Positions 62,701 through 64,000 of a stretch of 64,000 nt of DNA are shown here, one piece after another. The number at the start of each line of letters is the position of its first letter. Position 1 is the first letter of the stretch. The notes beneath the pieces are model-generated. The model was given only the letters and a program-made list of their open reading frames with translations. It was not told the DNA's origin and searched no databases. The DNA is from Macrostomum hystrix (Eukaryota; Animalia; Platyhelminthes). Location: NCBI GenBank assembly GCA_950097015.1, contig CATNEN010000006.1:372001-436000 (forward strand), given 5' to 3'. A program made the translations under genes and the position numbers.

Positions 62701-63376
62701 CTAAAAGTCGCACCTAAACCTATCTACCTAAAAGCAGCACCTAAACCATCTACCTAAAAGCAGCACCTAAAGCCATCTGCCTGAAAGCCAGAACCTATAC
62801 CAGAACCTCCCTAAAAACCCACAACGGCAAACTGATGTACCAGCAGTGCTCGGCAAGGCGCCGTGGCTAGTCTGGCAGGCAGAGAGCGCAGTGTGGCGGC
62901 CTCCACATTGTGTCGCACAACTCCAATGTCAACTAGAAATGCTACAAACAAATTCACGCCCTTCTGCTCAAGCAGCTGGACACGGTAGGCCCTAAGGCCG
63001 GCGTCGTTAATTTCAAAGCCGGCGAGTAGGCCGACGCTGGGCGCGACGCAAGCGCGCAAAGCCGACGGGGGCACAGCGGAGGCGGGGTCAGCCAGCCAGG
63101 CGTCCATTTCAGCCTGTCGCTTAGCCAGTTCATCGGAGTCATCAGGCAGCACGCTGACCCAGAACCCAGCGGCGCTGTCTAATTCAGCGTACACTCGAAC
63201 GCGCACGGTGGAGGCCTGGTCCAGTTTCATGAAGTTAAGCCGGCTAAACGGTCGACTAGCTGGCGATTTTTTATTCAACGGAGCGCCATTAATTAACTGT
63301 GGCGGAATTAGAGCAGGAATTGAAACATCATGTTGAGACTGCTCAGACGGATAATGCTCGGCGCCTTGAGTCGCTT
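59757..63376 (-). CDS. Multi-Tudor-domain protein (TDRD-like), 3' exons; 5' part upstream or beyond the window
   Basis: Exons (minus): 63376-62823 (FWVSV...APSVGLLAGF...AYRVQL...AFLVDIG...LRSLPARLATAPCRAL, an extended-Tudor pattern), 62398-61324 (repeat linker, then LACLNGAFVG...LHLVDIG), 60334-59757 (PPKLGASLLL...MLRGV...IYLPDRGE...ELLVSRGLAR...*). Phases are compatible. Small additional exons between 60700 and 60930 cannot be excluded. Confidence 0.68.
60366..60703 (-). mobile_element. SINE family A copy in a Tudor-gene intron
   Basis: Colinear with 26711-27060, including the AAT-repeat tail; head truncated. Confidence 0.85.
61540..62165 (-). repeat. Coding 21-bp repeat, (E/D)(V/I)KAP(A/S)Q x ~30, in the Tudor protein linker
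   Basis: In frame within ORF 61196-62362. Confidence 0.9.
62455..62790. repeat. ~26-27-bp array (ACCTAAACCATCTACCTAAAAGCAGC), Tudor-gene intron
   Basis: About 12 degenerate units between the donor at 62822 and the acceptor at 62399. Confidence 0.9.
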
Positions 63377-63546
63377 CTAAAATTTTAATTATTGTATGTT
63401 AAAATATACAGATTCTTACTGACATTTGTTTGTAACTATTTTTAAATCATACATGTTTGATGTGCTTTTTCGAATGAGACCTTTGCCGACTGATTAGAGC
63501 TTCGGTTTCATATCCGAGAGGTCTGGAGTTCGAATCTAGGCCTAAA

Positions 63547-63923
63547 GTAATAATATAATAATAATAATTCCAGAAGAGCTGCGGGAAATGGCACATCATT
63601 TGGTGACACTAGACCCGCAGCCAGCGAGGGGCATTCTGCCAGTTTCACTGACCCCTGAGCACACACGCACACAGATACTATACGCAGGCAGTACAGGTAT
63701 GTACATCTGCCCCGACTCTCATTGTCAGGCAGTGTACGCTTTCACTGTGCTGTGCCTTGGAGGTTGGTCGTCATAGATATAAATTGCACAACAAGCCGTT
63801 AAACCTTCTCTCCGAGGCTGCGTCCTAAATGAATGTGGCATCGACGCGGAATCGAACTTCTGGACCTTGGCGCGAGAAGCGAGCGAGTTAGACCGCTCTG
63901 CCACTTCGGCAATCACCCCCCTG
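63547..63923 (-). mobile_element. SINE family A, full-length, with TSD GGCCTAAA
   Basis: Head AGTGGCAGAGCGGTCTAAC...GTTCGATTCC and a (TTA)n tail; GGCCTAAA flanks both sides (63539-63546 and 63924-63931). Confidence 0.87.
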
Positions 63924-64000
63924 GGCCTAAAATAAACTATTTCTGTTATTGAGGAAGAAGCCTAATTGAATTCCATGTTACTCTTTCTGTTTTACTGAAA

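Overview
This is eukaryotic (metazoan) genomic DNA with GT-AG introns. GC-rich exons containing CAG runs, very dense minisatellites and the gene set suggest a free-living flatworm such as Macrostomum lignano (inference, not verified). Five host genes can be rebuilt by hand. (1) The 5' coding part of an LDB1/Chip gene (-), running off the left edge. (2) A ~2,570-aa MAP1/Futsch-family microtubule-associated protein (+, 5 coding exons) with a very large acidic heptad-repeat insert. (3) A 12-exon, ~1,000-aa TTC24-like TPR protein (-) with a long polyQ exon and a C-terminal CaaX box. (4) A two-exon prepro-neuropeptide (+) encoding seven FRW-amide peptides. (5) The 3' part of a multi-Tudor-domain gene (-), running off the right edge. 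Mobile DNA comprises an intact DD34D mariner with unusually long (~201 bp) terminal inverted repeats, two non-autonomous hAT elements that each carry the same 16-bp satellite, six copies of one tRNA-derived SINE, and a CORE-type SINE with fragments. About 15 unrelated tandem arrays fill introns and intergenic space and explain most long ORFs in the supplied track. No CRISPR array, rRNA or true tRNA gene was found. All coordinates, splice sites and copy counts were derived by eye.
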